Virus record (IMG/VR): IMGVR_UViG_3300020034_000017
Span: 1 to 57,341 of that record
DNA: 57,341 nucleotides
Origin: a virus
Lineage: Duplodnaviria > Caudoviricetes
Direction: 5' to 3' (one strand)
Below the pieces are notes generated by a model, which searched no databases, was not told where the DNA came from, and saw nothing but the letters and a program-made list of their open reading frames with translations. Both the position numbers and the translations under genes were made by a program. Positions 45,194 through 53,359 of the stretch are shown piece by piece (the first letter of the stretch is position 1; every line of letters begins with the position of its first letter).

Positions 45194-45571
45194 ATGGATG
45201 AACCTATTACCCCGGACGCGTTTCGGGATTCAATTGCGGAAACCGCCGAGCGTCTTGGAGAGCAACTCAAGAGTTCGGTCGCAGCAGAAAGCATGTCCGC
45301 CATGAAAAAAGAAGCCAAGGAGAGATTCAAGATGGTTACAGCAGACAGGGTTTGGATTGCAGTCATCGCCGGCGGAGGTCTGCTCGTTCGCGACCGTCAC
45401 CATCGCAGGAAGATCAAGGAGCTCAAGAAGCTCGCAACGGCTCTTGCCCTCGAGAACGAGTTCCTTCATGCCTTCATCAAGGGCCTCATGGATCCCAGTG
45501 CCGACAAGGCAGAGATCTTGAAAGGTCTCACCGGCAAGCTCCAGAAGCTCAATCTGGCTAGGGCTGCTTGA
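45194..45571 (+). CDS. Hypothetical membrane-associated protein
   Basis: RBS GGAG; short hydrophobic stretch. Confidence 0.6.
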   Translation: MDEPITPDAFRDSIAETAERLGEQLKSSVAAESMSAMKKEAKERFKMVTADRVWIAVIAGGGLLVRDRHHRRKIKELKKLATALALENEFLHAFIKGLMDPSADKAEILKGLTGKLQKLNLARAA

Positions 45572-45765
45572 TGGATCTTGACGAACTAGGACGAAAGATC
45601 AACGAAAAGGCAGCTGGACTTCAAGAAGCAATTGAAGAGTTCAGACAGGAGGGAATTGCTGATATTGAGGCTGCCAAAAACGACATGATCCTTGGAGAGA
45701 TCAGAAAGCTCAACACTCGACTCGATGGAATTGAGGCGCGACTTCCTGACCCCGAGGAGGACTGA
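45571..45765 (+). CDS. Small coiled-coil protein
   Basis: TGATG coupling. Confidence 0.55.
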   Translation: MDLDELGRKINEKAAGLQEAIEEFRQEGIADIEAAKNDMILGEIRKLNTRLDGIEARLPDPEED

Positions 45766-45917
45766 TGAAGTTCGGTAAGAGCAAAGAGAAGAGAACTCGA
45801 CGACGAACGCGGCATTACCTTGCTAGTCCTAAGGGTATCATGCTGAAGAAGCAGATGCGCAGACGACGCGCCAAGAACAAAGTGGCACGGGCTTCGAGGC
45901 AGAAGAATCGGCCATGA
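45765..45917 (+). CDS. Arg/Lys-rich 50-aa peptide
   Basis: RBS GAGGAGG; MKFGKSKEKRTRRRTRHYLASPKGIMLKKQMRRRRAKNKVARASRQKNRP. Confidence 0.55.
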   Translation: MKFGKSKEKRTRRRTRHYLASPKGIMLKKQMRRRRAKNKVARASRQKNRP

Positions 45918-45928
45918 TGTTTACAGAC

Positions 45929-45953
45929 CGCAGTAAATACACGCGCTATAATG
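45929..45953 (+). promoter_or_regulatory. Candidate phage promoter, copy 8
   Basis: CGCA-GTAAA-TACA-CGCGC-TATAAT-G. Confidence 0.75.
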
Positions 45954-45970
45954 AGGAAAGGAGGAACCAC

Positions 45971-46009
45971 ATGCGCCGTATTCGCGGAGTTGAATGGGGA
46001 GGCAAGTAG
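45971..46009 (+). CDS. 12-aa micropeptide MRRIRGVEWGGK
   Basis: Own promoter copy, RBS AAAGGAGG at normal spacing, own terminator. Confidence 0.5.
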   Translation: MRRIRGVEWGGK

Positions 46010-46013
46010 CCTC

Positions 46014-46048
46014 AAAAGCTGGGGATCCCTACGGGGATTCTCAGTTTT
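46014..46048 (+). terminator. Terminator hairpin (variant of the repeat family)
   Basis: AAAAGCTGGGGATCCC-TACG-GGGATTCTCAGTTTT. Confidence 0.7.
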
Positions 46049-46063
46049 ACAACCATATACGCT

Positions 46064-46088
46064 CGCAGTTCCTACATGGTGTATTATG
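46064..46088 (+). promoter_or_regulatory. Candidate phage promoter, copy 9
   Basis: CGCA-GTTCC-TACA-TGGTG-TATTAT-G. Confidence 0.75.
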
Positions 46089-46111
46089 GAGACCACTATG
46101 AAAGGACTACA

Positions 46112-46297
46112 ATGCGAAAGATGCACTTGCTAAACAAGAACAACCCGCAACGTCCATTCTGTGCAGCTCGCATTGACATGATTCGAAACGGTTTCGATAC
46201 AACCGAAATCGAAGAAGAAGTTACATGCCGGCTTTGCAGGATGACGCTGGGGTTGCTCGAAGATACAAGAGGCAACTGGGACAACAGAACCAAGTAG
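46112..46297 (+). CDS. Small Zn-binding protein (cassette gene)
   Basis: H..C..VTCRLC; RBS GAAAGGA. Confidence 0.65.
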   Translation: MRKMHLLNKNNPQRPFCAARIDMIRNGFDTTEIEEEVTCRLCRMTLGLLEDTRGNWDNRTK

Positions 46298-46303
46298 AAA
46301 TCC

Positions 46304-46336
46304 AAAAGTGAGAGTGCTAACAAGCATTCTCATTTT
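46304..46336 (+). terminator. Repeated terminator hairpin, copy D
   Basis: AAAAGTGAGAGTGC-TAACAA-GCATTCTCATTTT. Confidence 0.75.
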
Positions 46337-46340
46337 CGCA

Positions 46341-46365
46341 CGCAGAGCGTACATGCTTTGTAATG
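46341..46365 (+). promoter_or_regulatory. Candidate phage promoter, copy 10
   Basis: CGCA-GAGCG-TACA-TGCTT-TGTAAT-G. Confidence 0.75.
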
Positions 46366-46485
46366 AGAAGAGGAGACCACCCCGATAGGAACCCAATGGA
46401 CAAGCGCCAATCAATGCAAATTGAGAAGGCTCGTAACAAGATCCTGGATGGTAACATCTACTCTATTTTTTCTCTAGGAGGAAAC

Positions 46486-46701
46486 ATGGTAATTATCAAG
46501 GTTAGTTTCACCAATCTTCACTTGATTACCGCATTAAATGCTGGGGTGATCCCGAACATCGATGAAGAGAACCCTATGTTTTTGATCATGGAGAGCGGAG
46601 AGGTAAATCGCATCATCTCGTCAGAGGAGCTACATGAGATTTCTACTACGAAGAAGTTGAATTTGAGAACGGTAGAGATTTTCTACGCATCTTTTACATA
46701 G
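46486..46701 (+). CDS. Hypothetical protein
   Basis: RBS AGGAGG. Confidence 0.6.
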   Translation: MVIIKVSFTNLHLITALNAGVIPNIDEENPMFLIMESGEVNRIISSEELHEISTTKKLNLRTVEIFYASFT

Positions 46702-46710
46702 GTTGTAATG
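46686..46710 (+). promoter_or_regulatory. Candidate phage promoter, copy 11
   Basis: CGCA-TCTTT-TACA-TAGGT-TGTAAT-G. Confidence 0.75.
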
Positions 46711-46831
46711 GAGACTAACCCACAGAAACGACTTGTCGAGACGAAGACTCTAATCCAGTCAGAAGCGTGGCACGGATCGAATCCCGGCATTGGTAAAACA
46801 GTTGATTATCTCCAAATTGAAAAGGAGTTCG

Positions 46832-47149
46832 ATGATGGGTAATGATAGATATGAATATGTGTGGGTTGAAATCTACTCAGACCAGCTCAATAAATTAGGC
46901 AATGAAGGTTGGCGGGTTGTGCCTGGAGTTTTTAATCAGCGATCCCGAGACAACGCGCCTTCTGTTTTGATGGAGCTGACAAAGGAACCGAAAGAGACAA
47001 AAGTTATGGGTGATGACCTCGAGATCAAAGAAGAAACACCCGTCGAAACGTGTGGAGCAACAAGAGCGGCCAGGTGGGCAGCCCGTGCGACATGCTCGTT
47101 CCCTAAGCATGGTCCAGATACCCCACATTCGTGGGTAGCAACCACTTAG
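46832..47149 (+). CDS. DUF4177-like protein
   Basis: YEYVWV..LNKLGNEGWRVV; RBS AAAGGAG. Confidence 0.55.
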   Translation: MMGNDRYEYVWVEIYSDQLNKLGNEGWRVVPGVFNQRSRDNAPSVLMELTKEPKETKVMGDDLEIKEETPVETCGATRAARWAARATCSFPKHGPDTPHSWVATT

Positions 47150-47158
47150 GAGAAACCA

Positions 47159-47356
47159 ATGGAGCGATCCCAAAGATACTTGTGCCCGAGCTGCGGTTGG
47201 GGTACAACGTTACAACCGAAGGCAGATGTATCAACCGAGGAGTTCCAGCTCAACCTCAAAGAATCTGTGCCTTGCGGTAACAAAGACCAAAACTGCAAGG
47301 ACTACGCTGTGAAGCAGCGCTATATTGTGAAGGAGGTGAAAGATGCCGCCGATTGA
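47159..47356 (+). CDS. Small Zn-ribbon protein
   Basis: CPSC..C..C; RBS AGGAG. Confidence 0.55.
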   Translation: MERSQRYLCPSCGWGTTLQPKADVSTEEFQLNLKESVPCGNKDQNCKDYAVKQRYIVKEVKDAAD

Positions 47357-47555
47357 TCGCAACAACGCAGATGCAATCGAGACACGAGCAAAGTTTCGAT
47401 ATGATATGGATCCTGTCTTCAAGGCGACAGTGGATCTAGCTGTTAAGCTCTCGATTCCAACCACACTTAATGTCAACGTGGCTTTACGAATCGCGTTGGA
47501 GGAGCAAGCAATTGCTTCTGCTAGCATCGCTTTGGTGTTACACGACGAAACCTAA
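47343..47555 (+). CDS. Hypothetical protein
   Basis: RBS AAGGAGGTG. Confidence 0.55.
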   Translation: MPPIDRNNADAIETRAKFRYDMDPVFKATVDLAVKLSIPTTLNVNVALRIALEEQAIASASIALVLHDET

Positions 47556-47567
47556 GGAGGTTCTATT

Positions 47568-47957
47568 TTGAGACAGACTCTGTTTCTCAACGACTACGGA
47601 CGATGTGATATCACGACCGGATGCGACAAGATGGACGAGATCATCGACGAAGCGGGCGAACTGTTGAGCAATATGCCAATAGACGCTACGGTGTTCGTCA
47701 CGTCAAGCGATCTCGATCTTCTCACTGACATGATGTACGAACTTTCGGACTACGAAATCGACGACTTGACGATGGTGACTCCACAGGAGATCTTGAACGG
47801 TCGACTACGTGGTCGCATCGGGGTGTTGCTCCAGAAGGACATGCGGTTCTTGAGTGACATCGAACGGGAGCTCATCGATTTAGAGGCCCATATTCTTCAG
47901 CTTGGACCGTCGTGGTACGGTGTTTATGCTGCCAAGGATCCGGAGGAGGCACGTTGA
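47568..47957 (+). CDS. Hypothetical protein
   Basis: RBS AAGGAGG before TTG. Confidence 0.6.
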   Translation: MRQTLFLNDYGRCDITTGCDKMDEIIDEAGELLSNMPIDATVFVTSSDLDLLTDMMYELSDYEIDDLTMVTPQEILNGRLRGRIGVLLQKDMRFLSDIERELIDLEAHILQLGPSWYGVYAAKDPEEAR

Positions 47958-48268
47958 TGCCGATGTACACAGAAGAATGCGGCATTACCTTCGCCCACAG
48001 GCATACTGGTGAGATACACGAGTCTCATTATGTTGAATACTGGTGCCCGACGATGGTCCAATGGGTAAGTCATCCTTCTTGTATGAGGGCCGATGGTGTG
48101 CACAACCACATGAAGGCTAGAACTCAAACGACTACCACTGAGACAATCGAGATCCTGGAGGATCGAAATGAATTTGTGGAGTGGCTGAAGCAAGAGCTGT
48201 TCGAACGACAACTCTGTCTGTTCTTAGAAGGCGAAGAGGCATACGAAGCCAAATACGGGAGGTCATGA
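47957..48268 (+). CDS. Hypothetical protein
   Basis: RBS GGAGGAGG; TGATG coupling. Confidence 0.55.
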   Translation: MPMYTEECGITFAHRHTGEIHESHYVEYWCPTMVQWVSHPSCMRADGVHNHMKARTQTTTTETIEILEDRNEFVEWLKQELFERQLCLFLEGEEAYEAKYGRS

Positions 48269-48465
48269 TGTCAAAGAATCTAATCGCAAGAAACTATAAG
48301 AAGTTCACGTTTGATCTAGTTCGACAAGATCGATGGGGGCTTGGGTTCCGACGTAAGAAGTGGTTGTTCTTTCGTGATGATGTCAAAAGAGAAGTTACAT
48401 ACAATCTAACTCTCGGGCCTTTTATGATCAGTGTCTGGAAGAAGATCAAGCGTCTAAACGTTTAA
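48265..48465 (+). CDS. Hypothetical basic protein
   Basis: RBS GGAGG; ATGA overlap. Confidence 0.5.
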   Translation: MMSKNLIARNYKKFTFDLVRQDRWGLGFRRKKWLFFRDDVKREVTYNLTLGPFMISVWKKIKRLNV

Positions 48466-48472
48466 GGAGATC

Positions 48473-48985
48473 GTGATGTACGAAGGAATGCGTGATGCAA
48501 TACGAGCTGCCTGCAATGTCGATATTGTCTCGTGGGTTCAAGACGAAACACAAGAGGCCATCATCAACGTTGAGCGATACGGTCAGATGCTTCGTACGTT
48601 CAGAGCATCGAGATATGTTCTCGTCGAGGCAAATGCTGTAGACGAGTTCAAGCACAAGGCGTTTGATGCAGCTAATGAAATCGTAGACGAGATTTTGGAA
48701 GAAGTTGACTGGGACAGATTCTTTCCTGTTGGTTGGCTGGTTTTTGCTGACGGTGAAGAACGGGAAATTCCTAGACTGATGTCTCCAAAAGAGTTTATGG
48801 GATTCACAACATATCCGCTTCTCAAGACGGGAGATCAAAGGAGACAATCTTACCCATGCGCCAAAGTCATCCGATGCGAAGAGCATGCCCCACACGATTG
48901 GATGTTTCAACCAGAAGACGATTCGCCCGAGACGGTTGATGCATTCTGTCTTGGGTACTATTCATTTTCACCAAAGGAGATATGA
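48473..48985 (+). CDS. Hypothetical protein
   Basis: RBS AAGGAG. Confidence 0.6.
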   Translation: MMYEGMRDAIRAACNVDIVSWVQDETQEAIINVERYGQMLRTFRASRYVLVEANAVDEFKHKAFDAANEIVDEILEEVDWDRFFPVGWLVFADGEEREIPRLMSPKEFMGFTTYPLLKTGDQRRQSYPCAKVIRCEEHAPHDWMFQPEDDSPETVDAFCLGYYSFSPKEI

Positions 48986-49293
48986 TGGAACCAGTAGATC
49001 AAGCAATCGAGGTTCTGAACCGGATTCACAAAACAGATCCGACAGTGCTACCGGAGCTTATCTTTCATCGTGTACAATGTAACAAAGCATTGGCTGACGA
49101 CGAAACAGTCCAGGTCGGTAAGAAAGAGTGGGTGGTCGAGGAAGAGGACACATACGAGGTTGGCATTCTCGGTATCATCAACGGGTTGTTCGGAGTTGAT
49201 GAGAAGAGTTGGGGCTTCATCTATGCCAACTTCGATGACAAGGGCACGCTGGTGGACTTCTCTAAGGCTCCCATTACCTACTGCAAGAGGTGA
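48982..49293 (+). CDS. Hypothetical protein
   Basis: RVQCNKALAD..VGILGIINGLFG motif; RBS AAAGGAG. Confidence 0.6.
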   Translation: MMEPVDQAIEVLNRIHKTDPTVLPELIFHRVQCNKALADDETVQVGKKEWVVEEEDTYEVGILGIINGLFGVDEKSWGFIYANFDDKGTLVDFSKAPITYCKR

Positions 49294-49296
49294 ATT

Positions 49297-49503
49297 ATGG
49301 GTATCCGAGCTAAACCATACACAGAGAAAGGTCTCAAACGTAAACGTTGTACAAGATGCCCGAACATGGCGTCTGAGCAGTGGCTCGTACGATCGTGTCG
49401 CGCCGGTGTGAACTGGGGATACCTTCCTCTCTGCTCGAGATGTGACGAGCTTCTTAACGAGATTGTGTTGAGCTTCTTTCCGATTCAACCGAGGAGAAAA
49501 TGA
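49297..49503 (+). CDS. Small Zn-binding protein
   Basis: CTRC..C..CSRCD. Confidence 0.55.
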   Translation: MGIRAKPYTEKGLKRKRCTRCPNMASEQWLVRSCRAGVNWGYLPLCSRCDELLNEIVLSFFPIQPRRK

Positions 49504-49766
49504 TGGAAGATGAAATTGTAGAACGATCTTTTGATGGTTATACTACTCAACGCGAGTTGAAGACGGGCGACGGACGGAATAGTTTTCCAGATCGGCCGAA
49601 GTCGTGGTGGAGAACTAAGCTCGGATACGTGGCCATCATGGTCATTGATAAAGGCAAGTGGAAGGGGTTTGTTGTTACGCCTACTGGTGTTTCAGCCGAA
49701 GGCGAGATCACAAAGCTTCATTACGAATGGCAGTGGAGACCTTTCCAAAAGAGGAGGAAATCATGA
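49500..49766 (+). CDS. Hypothetical protein
   Basis: RBS GAGGAG. Confidence 0.55.
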   Translation: MMEDEIVERSFDGYTTQRELKTGDGRNSFPDRPKSWWRTKLGYVAIMVIDKGKWKGFVVTPTGVSAEGEITKLHYEWQWRPFQKRRKS

Positions 49767-49927
49767 ACGATGCACAATACGACATCATCTTAGCTGAACG
49801 AGCTCTACATCATCTGTCTGTGGCGGAAGGAGCTATCGGGATGATAAGTACTTGGCGCGGTTCACGCTGGGCCAAACGGAAAGTGGAGAAAGTACGGAAG
49901 CGAGTCAAGAAGGCTTTTCGATTCTAG
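49763..49927 (+). CDS. Hypothetical protein
   Basis: RBS GAGGAGG; ATGA overlap. Confidence 0.5.
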   Translation: MNDAQYDIILAERALHHLSVAEGAIGMISTWRGSRWAKRKVEKVRKRVKKAFRF

Positions 49928-49931
49928 GGAG

Positions 49932-50138
49932 GTGAAATCGAACATGCAGTACAGACATTGCGCAGAATCGGGATGCGAAGAGAAGTTCTTCGGTAACCGA
50001 GGCGCGATGATGAAAGCCCACTACTCTGGTTGGTATCTACAAAAAAGTGGAAAAGTGTGGTGTCCAGATCATAGACCTGCATGGGCACCTAAATTTGAAA
50101 AGAGGTCAGATGTACTGGGATCGAGCGCTGAGGATTAG
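49932..50138 (+). CDS. Small Cys/His protein
   Basis: CAESGC..GW..WCPDH. Confidence 0.5.
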   Translation: MKSNMQYRHCAESGCEEKFFGNRGAMMKAHYSGWYLQKSGKVWCPDHRPAWAPKFEKRSDVLGSSAED

Positions 50139-50268
50139 ACCGTGTCTATGTGGTCATGACGAATTTGATCACTCTCAAATCTTGTTCGGAGAACCATGCT
50201 TGGATTGTGACTGTCCTGGATTCATGCATCTATACCGACCAAACCCCAGCGTTAGTCCACGTCAATAG
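50110..50268 (+). CDS. Small Cys/His protein
   Basis: CLCGH..H..C..CDCPGF. Confidence 0.5.
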   Translation: MYWDRALRIRPCLCGHDEFDHSQILFGEPCLDCDCPGFMHLYRPNPSVSPRQ

Positions 50269-50278
50269 GAGGTGAGTC

Positions 50279-50452
50279 ATGGAGTTAAAGCTAGAAGACA
50301 TTCCAGATCCAGAAACAGTTGCTAAAGTGCTGGTCCTTTTGGGTGATGTCATTCGTCCTGAGATGTTTCGTTTATATGACGGAACATTTGAAGCGCGACT
50401 GACTGTAAATCCAGACTTTGCTTTTGCTGCTCTACAACAAAAACCGGTATAA
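50279..50452 (+). CDS. Hypothetical protein (57 aa)
   Basis: RBS AGGAGGTG. Confidence 0.55.
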   Translation: MELKLEDIPDPETVAKVLVLLGDVIRPEMFRLYDGTFEARLTVNPDFAFAALQQKPV

Positions 50453-50463
50453 GGAGGTGATTC

Positions 50464-51672
50464 ATGGAGCTGATGGAACACCAGGAGAAGGTTGTCGACC
50501 AACTGGACAGCGGTAAGATCCTGCACGGAGGCACAGGAAGTGGGAAGTCAGCTGCAGCCATGGCTTGGTATCATCGATACGAGCGACCAAAGCATCTGTA
50601 TGTCATCACCACCGCCAAGAAGCGTGACACTCTGGACTGGGAGAAAATCGCTGCAGCTTTCGGTATCTCTGGGTCGGTCTTTCTGGAAGATGAGGAGTAC
50701 CTGAAGTACGCAGGTGTTCTGACAGTTGATAGTTGGAATAACATTGGAAACTACGTAGATGTTGAGGACGCTGTATTCATCTTCGACGAGCAGCGAGTTG
50801 TGGGATACGGTGCGTGGGTCAAGGCGTTTCTGAAGATTGCTAAGAAGAACCGCTGGATTCTGCTGACCGCTACGCCTGGTGACACGTGGACAGACTACAT
50901 GCCGGTGTTCGTCGCGAACGGTTGGTACAAGAACAAGACGGAATTCGACCGTAAGCACATTCTGTACGAGCCTTTCCGTAAGTATCCGGTGATTGCTGGG
51001 TATCTGAATGTTGGCAAGCTCGAGATGATGCGCAACGAAGTACTGGTCGAGATGCCATACGACATGCACACCGAACGGATGCTGAACTGGCTTCCTGTTG
51101 ACCACGATCTGGAGCTCTTCAAGAGAGCATACAAAGATCGTTGGCATGTGTACGAAGAGCGACCGATTCGTGATGTTGCAGAGATGTTCCGCGTACTCAG
51201 ACGCATAGTCAACTCGGATCTTAGTCGACTGGAGATGATCAGAAAGCTGTTCAAGTGTCATGATCGGTTGATCATCTTCTACAACTTCGACTACGAGCTC
51301 GACATACTGAGGGGGTTGGAAAGCTCGGTATCTGTGTACGAATGGAACGGCCATCAGAAGGATCATAACGTCACATTCGAGGACGAAGATCGCTGGGTTT
51401 ACCTGGTTCAGTACGTGGCTGGAGCTGAGGCGTGGAACTGTACGAAAACAGACGCAATGGTCCTTTATTCCCTTACATACAGCTACAAAAACTTCCTACA
51501 GGCACAGGGGCGAATTGACCGTCTTGACACGCTTTACACTTGGCTCTACTACTACATCCTGATAAGCAACTCAATAGTCGACCGAGGGATCCGAAAGAGT
51601 CTGGATGCAAAAGAGAATTTCAACGAAAGGAAGTTTGTTCAAAAGGAACTAGAAGGAGAATGGGATGATTGA
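50464..51672 (+). CDS. SF2 DNA helicase (SNF2/DExx-like)
   Basis: GTGSGKS, FDEQ, LTATPG, QAQGRIDR motifs. Confidence 0.9.
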   Translation: MELMEHQEKVVDQLDSGKILHGGTGSGKSAAAMAWYHRYERPKHLYVITTAKKRDTLDWEKIAAAFGISGSVFLEDEEYLKYAGVLTVDSWNNIGNYVDVEDAVFIFDEQRVVGYGAWVKAFLKIAKKNRWILLTATPGDTWTDYMPVFVANGWYKNKTEFDRKHILYEPFRKYPVIAGYLNVGKLEMMRNEVLVEMPYDMHTERMLNWLPVDHDLELFKRAYKDRWHVYEERPIRDVAEMFRVLRRIVNSDLSRLEMIRKLFKCHDRLIIFYNFDYELDILRGLESSVSVYEWNGHQKDHNVTFEDEDRWVYLVQYVAGAEAWNCTKTDAMVLYSLTYSYKNFLQAQGRIDRLDTLYTWLYYYILISNSIVDRGIRKSLDAKENFNERKFVQKELEGEWDD

Positions 51673-52141
51673 AGAATGGGTGGTTATTGAGGAGGCATCA
51701 AACTATCTGGTAAGTAATCTAGGTAGGGTCTATAGCAAAACTACCAATAGAATTCTCAAGCCGGGTATGGGTGGTCAAGGAGCCTACCCGTTTGTTGTTC
51801 TTTCAAATGGGGGTCCACAGTTCAACCGATATGTACACGTGCTAGTCGCCGAAACTTTCGTTACGAATTGGGACAACAAACCCGAAGTTAATCACATCGA
51901 CGGCAATCATACCAACAATGAATACTGGAACCTAGAATGGGCAACCCACAAAGAAAACATGGAGCATGCGTCCATAATGGGTCTAATGGGAAAAAGGGTG
52001 AAAATTGTCGAAACTGGCGAGGTTTTCAAGAGTTTGACCGCTTGTGCGCGTGCCATAAACGGGCAGCCAGGAAACATAAGTCACTGTTTGAGTGGCCGAA
52101 GAAGGTCACATCGAGGTTTTACGTTTGAATTGATAGACTGA
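51665..52141 (+). CDS. NUMOD4-HNH homing endonuclease with C-terminal NUMOD1-like domain
   Basis: YLVSNLGRV, VHVLVAETF, VNHIDGNHTNN..NLEWAT..EN, FKSLTACARAI. Confidence 0.85.
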   Translation: MIEEWVVIEEASNYLVSNLGRVYSKTTNRILKPGMGGQGAYPFVVLSNGGPQFNRYVHVLVAETFVTNWDNKPEVNHIDGNHTNNEYWNLEWATHKENMEHASIMGLMGKRVKIVETGEVFKSLTACARAINGQPGNISHCLSGRRRSHRGFTFELID

Positions 52142-52288
52142 AATGGAGATGAAATAGTGATGTCCAATTCTTCCGACTTTGGCATACGATTCAGATTTGA
52201 CAAACGTGGCACCGATGGGATTATACTGAAGTACACTAAAAAGTCGCTGAAATAGGGTCTTTATGTGTACATACGGTACATTTCATAG

Positions 52289-52431
52289 ATGTGTCAAATC
52301 TGATCGATTTAGAGCTAAAAACTCTCTACTACAGAACCTACTACATACGCTCTTTTCCTGCCCGCGTAAAGGAAGTAAGCGTATGTAGTGCGATCTTCAC
52401 TAGAGAGTTTTGGATTATGGATTTGACACAT
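52289..52431. repeat. Nested long inverted repeat (candidate origin/cruciform)
   Basis: ATGTGTCAAATC/GATTTGACACAT, AAAACTCTCTA/TAGAGAGTTTT, ACTACATACGCT/AGCGTATGTAGT, TTCCT/AGGAA. Confidence 0.75.
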
Positions 52432-52472
52432 TATTTGACACACGAGTCTAACCACACCAAATTGGAGGCGAA

Positions 52473-52772
52473 ATGGGACTTCTAAACGAATTAATCTTTA
52501 CTGAGGCAGTTGAGCAGGTTCAGGCGATTCTCACGTCTCAGAGCTCCGACGAGATTAGCGATCGTCTGGAAGCGATTGTCAAGATCGAGGATTTGGCACT
52601 GGCGTGCCTCATGTTGCTAGCTATGAAGGCTAAGGGTATTGACATATCTGATGCTAATGGAATTGAGATGGCAAACGCCCAACCAACAATCGCGGATCTC
52701 ATCATTGCTAGTCCAGGAACACCTATCGACGCATATGTGATTCTACCATCGAGAGGAGGACAACATGAGTAA
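52473..52772 (+). CDS. Hypothetical protein
   Basis: RBS TGGAGG. Confidence 0.6.
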   Translation: MGLLNELIFTEAVEQVQAILTSQSSDEISDRLEAIVKIEDLALACLMLLAMKAKGIDISDANGIEMANAQPTIADLIIASPGTPIDAYVILPSRGGQHE

Positions 52773-53268
52773 TCCTTCATGGAGCAGAATTCCAGAGTTT
52801 CCAAACTACATCATCAATGACCGTGGTGAGATCTTCAATCTATCCGCAGATCAGTACATGCGTGTCTATCCAAATACGTATGGACACATGAGAATCACTT
52901 TGACCAATGTCGAAACCGGTAAGCGGTATGATCGTGGAGTTGCTAAACTCGTTGCAGAGGCCTTTGTAGAGCCACCTAACGATCTCTGCACTCGTGTCAT
53001 GATACTCGATGGGCAATTGTTCCACGTAAGTGCTCAGAACCTCGTGTGGCGGCCAATGTGGTTTGTCATGCGATACTCTCGGCAATTGAAACGAGATCAT
53101 CCAGCTCACTATAGTAATCTTCGAATCAAGAACGTCGAGACAGGTAAGCGATACGACAACATCATTGAATGTGCTATGGCCGAAGGTCTTCTCTTTGACG
53201 ATGTCTGGAGATCAACTTTCAGTGGTGCAAAGATCTTCCCATATGGTGATACCTTCGAGATTGTCTAA
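52765..53268 (+). CDS. NUMOD4-domain protein with degenerate HNH site
   Basis: WSRIPEFPNYIINDRGEI, VAKLVAEAFV, NLVW; catalytic His replaced. Confidence 0.65.
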   Translation: MSNPSWSRIPEFPNYIINDRGEIFNLSADQYMRVYPNTYGHMRITLTNVETGKRYDRGVAKLVAEAFVEPPNDLCTRVMILDGQLFHVSAQNLVWRPMWFVMRYSRQLKRDHPAHYSNLRIKNVETGKRYDNIIECAMAEGLLFDDVWRSTFSGAKIFPYGDTFEIV

Positions 53269-53279
53269 GCGTATGTCCT

Positions 53280-53304
53280 GGCACGCAAAACATGTATTGT
53301 AATG
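53280..53304 (+). promoter_or_regulatory. Candidate phage promoter, copy 12 (variant), heading the operon that contains the RNAP gene
   Basis: GGCA-CGCAA-AACA-TGTAT-TGTAAT-G. Confidence 0.6.
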
Positions 53305-53359
53305 AGGGAGAGTCGCAAATTGATTCTCTTCACACCCTTTCTCTTTTTTCGGAGGCTTG

